Shown here: positions 35,150 to 46,758 of the stretch, piece after piece
Layout: every line of letters begins with the position of its first letter
How positions within the stretch are numbered: position 1 is the stretch's first letter
Assembly (NCBI GenBank): GCA_002633005.1
Contig: NMRA01000351.1
Location: forward strand, 123,374 to 170,131
Source of the DNA: Phoronis australis
Lineage: Eukaryota; Animalia; Phoronida
DNA: 46,758 nucleotides
Direction: 5' to 3'
Made by a program: the position numbers and the translations under genes
Notes under the pieces: generated by a model
Databases searched by the model: none
What the model was told of the DNA's origin: nothing
What the model saw: only the letters and a program-made list of their open reading frames with translations

Positions 35150-37695
35150 TCTCAACCCGGCCAACCCGCAATCGAGAACGCCCGGAAGGCAATCGAGAAC
35201 GAGACCTTACACCAAAAATGGCAGACGACAGTGAAGTACCTTGTGAGTTTAAGTGTCATTTTCTTCTTAAATAGAGACTACTTTGGTACCAATGCGACAC
35301 ACCGAAAAGAGCTTTTTTTGTTGTTGATCTTGTATAATTTTTGAAATAAAGACCGCAGAATACAATGACTTTGTGTAAAATGCCTTGCGTCTCGTAAAAT
35401 CGTCAATTTCTACTTGTTATTAGCAATTCCTGGGTTCTTCAGTAGAGACGTGTGACGTTCGTAGTTAAATCGTACCTGGTGACACCTTTGTCAGTTATAA
35501 TTTGTGAAACAATTCGAGATATCTACCGATACAAGCAGGTCGGTCCTTGTGTGAGACGGTGATCGGGAACGAAACTGTTAATTCTCCATGACGATCGTGA
35601 ACGCAAAAATGCGATCGTGAACGCACATTTTTTCTCTGCATTTTCCTGATTAATCGCTCAGTGTTCTATCAATGATGTTAGTATACTACAACCATGAATT
35701 AGTTGACGGGTCGATTGTTTGCTATTCTTTCACCGTTTTTCATGATTTCTGTGTGAGATTTAGCCTCACAAATATGATTTTTCAGTTGAACTGTAGCCAC
35801 ACGACGAGTCCTTCAGAGTGTTAACGTACACGTCTTCAAAACAGAGTAGCACAACTGCCGCATGTGACAAAGGGCTATCTATGCACATATGTTGTGGAGC
35901 TTTGTTCAGGAAGAAACCTTTTTTGTATAACCACATGATAATAAAACACAGTGACACTCAGCCGCAAGCAAGACCTTTACCAGCCCCGTGTTGCATGGGG
36001 CAAGATTTTTTTTTCACCGCATAAGAAAACACAATATGAAGCATAGTGCTCAGGAACCAAGTTGATTCAGTGCCCTATCTGCTATCAGTGTTTCACGGAA
36101 AGAGTAAGCCTGAGGACACTCTTTGTTGTTGTGAATGTGTCATGCAAAGAGTATGCCTACTTATACAGGCAAGAGAACCAGAATCGTCATATTCAGTCCA
36201 GTAGTGAAAGTTGTTAAGTCACGAAAGTTTTATTCAGATTTACAGAGTTTATAGTTGGTAGTTGTTTGATGTGATGGTATTTGGACAGTTTGTTTTGAAC
36301 CTTTTTCCTATTTGTGTTATTTCAACAGCATCTTTAACAGAACCAGTGCATTTTTGAAGTGTTTGGCTACATTTAAATGACCCCACTATGTGTCATTTGG
36401 TGATACTTACATACAATTGTTATGACCAATTAGTATTTTAAAAGAAAATTATGTCTGCCATAATTGTAGAAATTGTTTTCATATTGTATATCTAAGCCAC
36501 ACCAGTGCCACATGTCAATCTGTTCGTCTCTGTGTCCATAATTGAGTAAAACATCAAACAAAATACCACCCGTTTTATCAGCAAATCAATTAACATCATT
36601 TCTGGCAATTGTTTTTAAATCCCAGACGTTCATGAGCGGTAATCTTTGAATCACCTCACTAATGGTGTAATTGCCGCAGTCTTCTCGCTCCCCACAGGTA
36701 CGCTCATCATCATTCTTTGACTTCAGTGGCGTATTAGTTAGTTTCCTTTTTGCTGTCACAATCTTGCAAGAAGATTCGACACACGCTTTCATCTGCAGCA
36801 ACAATTAATTACTCCTGGCTTACACGCCACATGGAACAATTGCTGGGTGAGTCTTAGTTTAGAACCCCTTGTTCCCCTAGGTTTCGTCTAAAAGTATATG
36901 TCTGTATTTCAAAACCCTGGTAGGGTGTACTTTCACGCCCTTATTAACTAAGCTGTTCGTTGAAGTTTGCCTCACAATAATAAGAGTGAACTTGTTTCAT
37001 GAAATGAAAATAAATTTATTTGTGAAAATATCTCTAACTAAAATAGTGCTTGATGTACATGTAGTCGCTCATTTTGATTAATGGTAATGCTATGATATTG
37101 TTTAGTTTGGATACGAAAATAACAGAGTAAGGACGCAAAATGTGATTAATTCATTGCACCACACTTATTTTGTAATAACTTTTCACGTTTTATAAGTAAA
37201 AAATTCATAACTGTTCGGCACACCACGATGCGTTCTTGATCGCATAAACACAAAAATTGCGTTTCCGTTCGCTTTTCTTTGCGATTTCGATCGCATTATT
37301 CAACAGAAAAGTGTCGAAAAATCAGAGATCCTGCCAAAAATACGAAAAACAAGTGTTGTGTTATATATTCACGAGTCATTTCTTCATAACTTCAATGTCA
37401 ATTTATCAATTTAGTGCCAAAATAACCGCAATTTGCCAAATGACGTACAAATCACTTTTGACTCAAGCGATGGCTCGTTCAACGTAACTTTTCTCCAATA
37501 ATTGGAATAGACATTAGCCTATACCTACCCTTCCTCAATATATTACGCCTTGAATTCATGTCTCTGTTTTCATATTGGAATTAAAAACAACGTTAATTCA
37601 TTAAACTTACTCACCTTGCCTGGTTTCGCTTCTCACAACAAATTTCGTTCTCGATCGCCTTCCAGTTGTTCGCGATCACGGGTTGGCCGGGGTGT
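35150..37695. mobile_element. Possible decayed DNA transposon with long imperfect inverted arms
   Basis: cccggccaacccg..atcg.gaac....ggaaggc.atcgagaacga at about 35156-35202 recurs inverted at about 37645-37692. gcgatcg/aacgca motifs at about 35590-35626 recur inverted at about 37225-37272. The true termini were not found. Confidence 0.4.
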
Positions 37696-40600
37696 TTCTG
37701 TAGTGTTGAAAGTGGATGTCACTCAATGCTTCTACAAGCCAGTTTGCGTGCCTGTGGATATTAAAAAAAAAAACTTGTTCACATGTATGGGTAGATCTTG
37801 GACGAATTGTTTTTTTTATTATCTATTCTAAAAAATGCCACAATAATACATATTCTACACCTTTTAAACCATGGAACACAGCCCTGGAATGCCAACACTG
37901 ATCTCGCACCACGCATGCGTGAGAGTTGTTTACATTCGTTTGTGTCTCGCTGGTTCCCTATACGTGCTTAGCCAGTACGCAAGTATCATGCAGTGGCGCA
38001 CGCTTTAGCATCGGTTGATGTAACTTCAGCAGTCATTGGTTAGCTTTACAACACCGTGGAAAAAATGGCGGACAGTGAACGATTTTTAGCCTTATCATGC
38101 AAGTGGCGTCGCAGCAACTATTTCGTTTCTGCAGTGATGTTTAATAACGTGCTTGAAGTACATGCATGTACTATAAACACATATCTGGCCCATTTAACCG
38201 GTGTGTTATTCATATTGTATGAATACAGGACAGTATCGTAAACAAAAGTTATCGACAGTAGAAAGATGCACTCCGAAAAGCCATAACCACAATTTCTAGG
38301 ATTCACATTTCCTGAACATAAATTTTAAGCACCAATTTGTCTGTGAAACAGACCACATTTAAAATTCAGTCCATCAGTCAGGTCAGTTTGTTTGCGTAAA
38401 ACGCTGCCTGTTGAGAATTCGACAAGCCAATCAGAAACGTCGATGTAAAAAAATTTCCCAGCGTCCTGGCTACTGACCACCTAGCGGCACACATGGAACC
38501 AGCGAGTCGTTTGTGTGTGTGTGTACCTGCCGTAAAATTTACTGTCCTAAATCTCTCGAATGGGCTTTTTTCAGTTTTTGCCCCGTCATTGCGTATTGTG
38601 CCAAATTTTGACAAGCTGTTTTGGTCGGCCATACTGGCATAGGTGACGAGTTTAAATGTGCTTAAAATTATTTTTATAAATATTCTAACAGTAAAATTTA
38701 TTGACACATATCCTAAACATTCTGTATAATCCACGAGTTAACATAAGAATTTAATCACGCAAATGTAATTTATTGACTGGTTAAAGGATTCACAATTCTT
38801 TTTGGACAACATGGCAACTTATGCTGAACTGAAAGGCATGATCAAATGGCTGCATTGTCATCGGTGAAGATTTATAATATACAACATCTGTAAACACGCT
38901 GCTACCAAAAATAAGTTTTGTACACGTTTCTGATGTTTGGGGCATAATTAGTATCAATATTGTATAATTTGCTGAATGTGAAGTGCCCATTCGATTGACA
39001 TTGCACTCTGTTAAAATAGTTGAAATTGTTTTGAAATAATTTTTTTGTTTGAAAGTCAAATTTACTTCAAAATATGATTATGTGTCACAATAGAGCACAC
39101 ATTTTTCTAAATTTTTGCATAAATTACTGTAAACCTTTGATTCATGTTTTGAAGCTAGTTACTTTCTGCTTCAGGATATATCAAGGCAACAAAATGTGAA
39201 AAATATGTATTACTTGATTAACAAAAATAGGTTACAATTGGGTGATGAAGTGTAAAGCTTACGCGGATACTTCAGATTCATAGCTTCATACTTGTCAAAT
39301 TCTAGTTAAGGAGGAACGCTTTTATGGTACACATTTGCCGTGGTAACAATTATGCATGTCCACTTTGATACTCGTGATTTTCATTCAGCCTGTATTACTG
39401 AAATTCTAAGTTATTTATTGTAGCAAAAGATTGTTATGATCATTTTGATTTACTCATTAAGTTGTACTTTTCTAGGTATCAGTCTTAACTACAATAACAG
39501 TTTCAAACCCCTGCGTCCAATGTTTGAGATGTCATTTTTATCTCTTATGGGATTGTCACAACAAGTGACAAATTCAGCTTCGGGCGGAATCGGTTAAACT
39601 ATTAGCATCCTGAAGAATAACAAAGCTCCAAAACTCAGTTTACAGGGGGGGTGGGCACAGGTTAGATATATGAACGGTTTCCAGAATGCAAAAATATCAC
39701 TGATGGGTCAGCACAGGTTAGAATCATTCGAAAACATGAATGTACATGTAAATAACATTAGGTTTTGGCCAACCTAGGTGGAAGAAGTGGAAAACCAAAA
39801 CCACGGTACAGTGCAGCATGTGAAACGACCTTTCGATATTAATCAAAAGTCATCCTTAGGCACAATAGTAGGCAGAAAACAATCATAACAGATTGCTAGA
39901 TTAATATCTAAACGCCGTTTTCAAACATGTATGTGCCATCGTTTCCTCTGTGGAAAAATTTTGGAAAAATTTCATGAAATTTCACCAAAGAAATCAGGTC
40001 ACAGACACTGCCACCAGGGGGCCAGCAGTAGCAGAATTATCGAAAAATTGACGTTGACACCATAGAAAAGTATTTGCAAATATTGACGAAGCCCCTTTAT
40101 GAGGTTTATGAGATTCAACTGTGTACTGTCCGTAGTCTAGCACTGTAAAACACGCGGGGCTATGTCCTTTCTATCGGCTGTTACTTTAAAACAAACAAAA
40201 AGCCTATTTTTCATTTTTTAAAATTTTCTTAGTCAGAGAGCAAACTGATGGAAAATATTATTGGAAATCATCAGCATCCCTTAAAGTGGCCCCCACAGCA
40301 CCTCAAAATGGCTAAAAATCAATGACTAAAAATTGGGCAAAATTTACCGAATTTTGACACTCTAGTTAAGGTTAACGGAAACTCCTTTAAATTGCAAAGA
40401 CTGTTTTCATATAGAGAGGTTCAATGTCTACATAAACATAATAAAGATTTTCCCGTTTTTAAGCCGTTTTAAACAACTTTAATAAGTGAACATTTTCGAA
40501 CCAAAAATGGGATATTTTGTTCCAAAATATTCATGATGCTCTAACTTAAAAACTTTGACCCAAACATTTCAAATTAACATTTTGAACATATCTTACGAAG

Positions 40601-41805
40601 ATGTACGAACACGCAATTTTTCAAGATCTGAGTCAGTGACCCTAAAATCGACTTTTTGGTGGTCTCGTGCAATGACAGTTAGCTTCCACGTCTTGGAATG
40701 CAGATTTCATGCCTTGAATGAAAGTGTTCGCTTCCATGGGTAGGCTTTAGGGCTAATACATTTTGCATGCTATCTTCCCGAATACACACCCGCCATGTTT
40801 CGAAGCGCCACCTATACTTATTTTTCAAGTTAAATAATGAATTATTTGCTAAAGATGTATTTGCATGCTTCTAATTATACTAATGTTAAGCTGGAACTAA
40901 CCGACAGTGCTATTTGAATATCATCTGCGCTTAACAAATTGCAGTTGTATTCATTTGCAACTTGTTATTTCTCACATGACCTGCAATGTGTTACGACACG
41001 ACTAGTTAATAACTCCGAGTACGTAATTTTTTATATTACTTGGGCTAATCGCAAAGTATTGTAAAGTAGAAATCCATACGTCTTACATTTTGGACTCTGC
41101 AATACACTTACACAACCAATGCCGGAATTCCGAGAAGATGACAAGGTTATGATTGACAAATCAGGTGTCACAACTGTACGTATTCCCAGTCAGAAGGACA
41201 TGCAAACAACTTCTTAAACGGACCTATATTCGGCGGCGAATTCCATAACCATGTTCATTCAAACGGAGACGAGTCCCAACCCAAGTAACGAAGCGAGACC
41301 GTCTAGCTGTGCTGTCTCAAGGTCAATTCAGTGCTCACGCGCGGGCAAGCCTTGCTGTCTGTTCTTGATAAACAGTTTTTAAGTTTTAATATTACAACTT
41401 AAAAGACTGTTTATTAGATTCTAGCTTGAATATTTGCTCCGAAAGCTGAATGCAATTTACAGTTGCTAGGCTTGAAACAAGACTATTAAGAAAAAGTAAC
41501 TGAATTACTTTACATTGCGCAAGGTTAGCGTGGTTTTACAAAAGTTGCGTCGTGTGGTTGAAAGTTTTACACACTTCGCGTTTTAAGGCAAAAAGGTCGT
41601 CTTTCCGAGGCTTGCCGAGGGATTTGTAGGAAATTTACAAGAGGTTTTGCCCATGTCTTAAACCTGAGATGAGTGTAGTATTCTCTACATTCGACATACT
41701 ATTTCTGCAGATTAATGTGTTCACACGATCGCATTTTTTGCGTGCAAGTTAATGTTTGATTTGGAATTCAAGTGTGACATATATGAGTAGTCAACTATCT
41801 TTAAA

Positions 41806-41916
41806 CTGTTCCAAGAAAGTGTCTCAACGTTCAAACTTTGAAACTTCCACATCAGGTAAGTGAATCAAATTTAAGGCAAAACTTAAGTCAAACCTAAGAC
41901 CACTTTCTTGGAACGG
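41806..41916. mobile_element. Short MITE-like inverted repeat
   Basis: ctgttccaagaaagtg ... cactttcttggaacgg (15/16 inverted match), about 320 bp upstream of paralogue 2. Confidence 0.5.
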
Positions 41917-42233
41917 ACTTGAGGTTTTACCTAAAAATTGACACAGATTTAAGATGTGTCTTGGCTAAGTCAGTTTACATGTACTTGTAACGGACCCGTG
42001 GCCGAAGTCCAATTTATATGAAGTTAAACTTTGAACCACCTTTAACAAATTGGCTGCACTTTTTCATAGTTCAAAAATGCTTGCCTACAAGAAATAAAGC
42101 TAATGTATTCCGTGTGCATCACTACTCCGTATAAGAAGCGTCACAGATTGTCAGAATATATTGCGTCTTACAAGATGTTTTACTAGCGAAGTCGGTGAGG
42201 AAACGTGCCATCGGAAGTAGCGTCAGCTTGATC

Positions 42234-43382
42234 ATGTGGCATCCTTCACAGAAATTACTTGTTTTAATAGTATCCGTGGGAAATTTACCATTGCATCTTT
42301 ACGGAATGTGGTCGGAATGGGAAAATGGTGTCACCTTCTGCAAGAGCTGCACCGTATGCCAAGAGCGAAGTTGCACAAAGGGAACATGTCCTGGAAATGC
42401 ATCAAGATTGGCAGGTTGTCACGAGAGTTCCGAGTGCATCACGCAGTACCCGATCAATCATGCTCTGAATAAGGAGTCGAGTCAGAGTTCTACCTATAGC
42501 CATTGGAAAGCGAACTATGCTGTTGACGGCTATTGGTACGGGGAGATAAATCTCCTGAACGCTGTTGGGAAGCCGACGGGATTAACCACAACGTGCTCGC
42601 ACACTGAACTTGGAGATCGTCCACACTGGTTAAAAGTGAAGCTAGGCAAGGCCGTCATAGTTCGATACATTATGCTGCTCAACCGACTAAACGCAGAATG
42701 GCGACTACAGCGTTTCAAAGTGACTGTGTTTTTCGACGAACACATGATGGGTGACTGTATCGACTTTAACGCTAATGGGAAAAAAATACCTGGAAACGCA
42801 CCAAGCTTGTACAAATGTGATAAGGAGACTACCGGCAACATAGTAACCATAACACTTGGGGCCGGGGCCGGTGAAGCGGTATTGACGTTGTGCGAGTTTG
42901 CGGTCTTGTCAGATGATCCGGGATGCTACGATAGCCAAGGTGAAGGGTATGATTATTCTGGGCCGGTACAACACACTATATGGGGCGACATGTGTGCCAA
43001 ATGGAACAGTGACAGCAACCCGTTAAAAAAGAAATTCTCTCCCAACCATAAGATGTGTCGCAATTTCGAATCTTCCGGTATGAAGACACCCTTCTGTTTC
43101 ACCGTGGGGGGAACTCAGCTCCCGTGTCAAGTTCCCGTGTGTATGACCAAGGATTCGTCCAAGTTCATCGAGTCTTGTTCCATTAGCGTACTCGAGCGTA
43201 TGATGGGTTTTTACCATGGGTTGGTATTTTACATTACTGCCGGTGTAATAGGGCTCGCAACGTTGCTTTTCTGCTTGTGCATGTGTTGCAAAAAAATTGC
43301 GAAACGGAAAAAAAAAGCTGAAGAAAATCAGAAAGAAGAAGACTGGGAATTATATGATGACGATTACTATCCGTTTTACTAG
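42234..43382 (+). CDS. Type I membrane protein, TSP1 - F-type lectin - kringle - TM, paralogue 2 (382 aa from first ATG)
   Basis: Uninterrupted ORF. Signal-like KLLVLIVSVG..LYG, then WSEW..CQERSC, NHAL..SSQSSTY..YAVDG..CSHT..WLKV..NRLN..R..LTLCEFAV, kringle CY..GYDYSG..C.KW..MCRN..PFC, TM LVFYITAGVIGLATLLFCLCMCC and a basic stop-transfer segment. All ectodomain cysteines align with paralogue 1. Confidence 0.92.
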   Translation: MWHPSQKLLVLIVSVGNLPLHLYGMWSEWENGVTFCKSCTVCQERSCTKGTCPGNASRLAGCHESSECITQYPINHALNKESSQSSTYSHWKANYAVDGYWYGEINLLNAVGKPTGLTTTCSHTELGDRPHWLKVKLGKAVIVRYIMLLNRLNAEWRLQRFKVTVFFDEHMMGDCIDFNANGKKIPGNAPSLYKCDKETTGNIVTITLGAGAGEAVLTLCEFAVLSDDPGCYDSQGEGYDYSGPVQHTIWGDMCAKWNSDSNPLKKKFSPNHKMCRNFESSGMKTPFCFTVGGTQLPCQVPVCMTKDSSKFIESCSISVLERMMGFYHGLVFYITAGVIGLATLLFCLCMCCKKIAKRKKKAEENQKEEDWELYDDDYYPFY

Positions 43383-43869
43383 TTGTTGCCATGATGATGT
43401 ACCACGTCAAAAATGTGTTCTGATGTACGTGCACAACTAAATTTGTGAATTTTATTTCTTATTAGAGTCTTCATGAAGTTTTTAGGCACATCAAGTGTCA
43501 CTGTCGCCGAGATGACGAGCAAACTAAACAAAGTTCACGACTTTCCGCGGCAAATAGAAAAATGAGTAGCAGATTTTTGTCTCAAACGTTTAGAATGTTA
43601 AGCTAGCAAGCCAAAGCTCATTTTCCTAGACTGTTTATATTGTTCTTAAGTAAACAATAGAACATCCGATAATAACGTTTTATTGGCAGATTAAGAAGGA
43701 ACTACAAGGGCCATGATCGGCACTGAGATTCTTGCCAGTACGGTGCAAAAGGTTACAACTGAGCTCTGACGAGTGAGCATTTGCGTAGATAATATATTAA
43801 TTACAGAGCGCGCCCACTTCCGTGGTGTCGAGGTCTGTTAGCCATCAAGTTCAAGTTGACAAACTTATT

Positions 43870-44900
43870 GTTAGGGGTTCGTCTTTCAATAGCTAATTGG
43901 ACGACACCGAATACGCCCTCTTTAGGGAGTTGACCACAACGGCGACCTTATACCGCTCAGGACCCGTTTTTGGCGTAAAGACAGAAACCTTTATCAGTGG
44001 CCTACTGACCAGTAGTGTATTTGGTGTCATCCATCTGGCTATTCTTTAATCAAGAGGTAGTTCGCTTAAGACAAACCCTGACAAATAATGGGCAGACCAA
44101 TGCTTTTGCGATTCACGTTCAGAATTAACTGTGAAGTCCCCGCACGACGGACCGGTGTGACCAAAAGGTACTTTACAAAAATGTTTTGTTACCTACAGGA
44201 CGAACACGCCTTTAAGAAATTCATTCAAGTTTGTAAGCCCTATGATTACCTCGGTGTTACTACATGTACTTATTATCGGATTATCGGAATAGGAAGTCCA
44301 ACTTGGTCATGAAAAATAAATTTCTAAAGTCTGCCCCCTTTCCCAGTGTAGTGATGTTTGTGAGTTTGTATACCCTATGAACGAATGTCTTCGTTCAAAT
44401 GCCAAACATGCTCCATTGGTCAAAGGGTTTGCAGACTTTCCCGTCGGTTATCTATGAATCTTCAAAATGGCTCCATCCAAGATCATTTTCTGCAATGTCA
44501 CGAGCCCAAAATCACCCGTGAAGAAACTGCATGAAGAGCACGATGTGCTGCGATTGAAAGTATTGGAGTCCGTTTTGATTGCATTTGAAAAGCCTGTTTT
44601 GAATGAGCGGCAGAAGGTCCCGCGGCATGTACACTTGTTTGCGTGACTCCTGTTACCCCCCCCCCCCTTCATTTGTCATTCTTTGCAGTATTTTTCACCT
44701 GCCGTGTGCCAATGTGTATGTCTCCAGCTTATGTTATGTGGTGGTATTACTGCATCATTTTATTTCCACATGAGAAGGAAACAACTATGTCTCGAAATAT
44801 CATGTGTCTTTTAATCGTGTCTCTTGGTCTGTTGCTTCACCAATGTTCTGTTGAGTGTAGAATTTTATTCCGAACAGAACGGAATAAAGACTGTTGACAA
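43870..44900 (+). mobile_element. Penelope-like retroelement remnant (RT thumb, C-terminal GIY-YIG endonuclease, 3' pLTR-like region)
   Basis: Across frameshifts: SSIWLFFNQEVVRLRQTLTNNG (about 44030-44095), YRNRKSNLVMKN (about 44282-44318), FKCQTCSIGQ..LSRRLSMNLQNGSIQDHF..H (about 44394-44500) and LHEEHDVLRLKVLESVLIAFEKPVLN (about 44527-44605). Boundaries are approximate. Confidence 0.72.
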
Positions 44901-46505
44901 CAAGTGGCGTCTTGTACATGAATTTAAGCAATTTTGCATTGTGTATGCATGTACATTGTTATGTCCGCGTTTCAATAGTAATTCAAGTGTGTATTCTTTA
45001 CCTGTTGCCCAGGTGTCGTGTAAATTCGAGTTCCGATACTATTATCTGTAGTCTTGGCGTTGGTGACGTCGTACGGGGTACTTGCCAACCGCCCCGCTCT
45101 TGGCGAACTGTCTCACTTTTTGTTTTTTCCCACGATCCCGCCACAACCATCAAAATGTCCCGACTCCTGAAACTTTGCTAAATTGACAAAATATCATGCA
45201 CATGTACTATTCTAATGTTTAGTGGTGACGAATTTGCAACTATGATGACGCGATTTCGCGATAGCAATGCACAGACATATTACACTCGTATTGGATTTTT
45301 TTCGATTCCGGTAACCACGGGGGCTGTTTAGAAACTAAAATTGTTTACAAAGTTATTTGTTTTGATTAATCGGTTTGGGCTGACAACGTGGGTTGCACGC
45401 ACTGTATGTTCCCGGGAGTTCAGAAGCATTGGGATTGATCATGTCCATAACCAGAAATTGCAATTTTCGAATTGCTTAGGAACTTACAGAGCTACGTAAA
45501 TCTGGCCTAATTATCATCATTGTTTTGAATTTTAGCATTTCGATATTATTTGAATGGGTCCACAGCGTCAAAATGACATCACAATATTGTAAGTGTAATA
45601 CACGTGCACAAAGATGAGCACACACACACGCAAATATAATATTATTATATATGTAGTTAATTACGTGACTACCAACGAGGTGGCGATATTTTCGTAATCA
45701 CCTTCTAAACCCATCAAACATTTTGGAAATGTATGTTTTCATGGCAGGTTAAAAATTGGTACTTACATGAAACGATCGATATTGAAGAAACGTTGCTATA
45801 GATATCGAAAGTAGGCAGTTGTATAGAAAAACTCATCACGTGACAACGTTTTTATATGTTGACTCATGCCTGAGATTTTGCCCCCCTTTTACTCAAATCC
45901 CTGAATCCACCAGTAATTTTTATTACGAGATTCAACTAGTGGTTCGCGAAACAGCTGCAATTAATAAATTTTTCATCCAAAATTGCAATTCTATAACAAT
46001 CTGTCACAATGATTGGAATACTTAAGCATGGAAAAATCATGTTGACAACGTGTGCATTATTAATAACTTGCTCCTGGTTATTACTAAAAACATTATTAAA
46101 ATCGCCGGAGGCAAGAGGCGGCGGGTAATGCTACAGGCGCTCTGAAAGAACACGATTCAAAATAATATATGTGTGTGTTGGTGAAGAGCAAATCATTCAG
46201 GGTATTCATAAGCGTACTTCGGTGTATTCAGTCTGCACTGCACATCTTTAAAATAGTGATTGTTACGGTCACAGTTTAACTGGCACAGAGCGACTTCGGT
46301 TCCAAGCAAAGCGGCGTAGTGAACATGCTCATTTTGTCAGTGGCTAATGGGGAGATAGCGTCGTTCGAAAGTCACGCTCGTGAAATACGGGTTTGGGGAC
46401 ACTTTTACGAGCCTTATCGTTATATACAATGAGAGGACGGGCGGTACATCACGTGATAGATATACGGATAGTTTCTTTAGCCATTCACAATACAAATAGT
46501 CATGC

Positions 46506-46758
46506 CAGTGGCGGATCTACGTTTTCACCAAGGGGGGGGGTTAGGATTCCCGCCCAGGTCGAATCTTAGGCGCGTGGCGCCGAGCGTGGGGAGGTCGGGA
46601 GGGGGGTTTCCCCTCCCGTGTAAGATATTTTTCTGTTTTTGTAGCCAAATAGTGAAATTTCCATGCACCCTGGTAAGTTTCTGGCACTTAACATGTCTCT
46701 GGAGTTTTTCTTAAGATAATTAAAAACCCTTCTCGATTTCGTCACATGAACTTGGCAC
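46506..46758. mobile_element. Left end of a hAT-like MITE, running off the window
   Basis: CAGTGGCGGATCTA followed by poly-G subterminal sequence, the same terminus as the element at 11827. Confidence 0.65.

Overview
Repeat-rich, intron-containing animal genomic DNA. It is probably from a marine invertebrate, and lophotrochozoan affinity is only an inference from the channel M2 sequence and the TE mix. It holds three host genes. (1) A + strand Cys-loop anion channel subunit (GlyR/GluCl-like) with seven coding exons from 899 to 13835, all joined in frame by GT-AG introns. Its signal-peptide exon appears to lie upstream of the window, and its agonist site is clearly divergent. (2,3) Two tandem, intronless, strongly diverged paralogues (33292-34389 and 42234-43382) encoding type I membrane proteins with the order signal peptide - TSP1 - F-type lectin (FTP) - kringle - TM - short tail. 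This pair is the best candidate for an undescribed system. The rest is mostly transposon debris: TTAA-flanked Kolobok-like MITEs (one is a left-end/left-end foldback), hAT-like MITEs with 5-bp TSDs, an Academ-like foldback MITE, a decayed 6.5-kb Academ with three nested insertions (including a Hero/R2-group retroelement), RTE-X-like and L2/Crack-like LINE fragments, and a Penelope-like remnant with a hammerhead-like motif. All calls were made by eye, without database searches.
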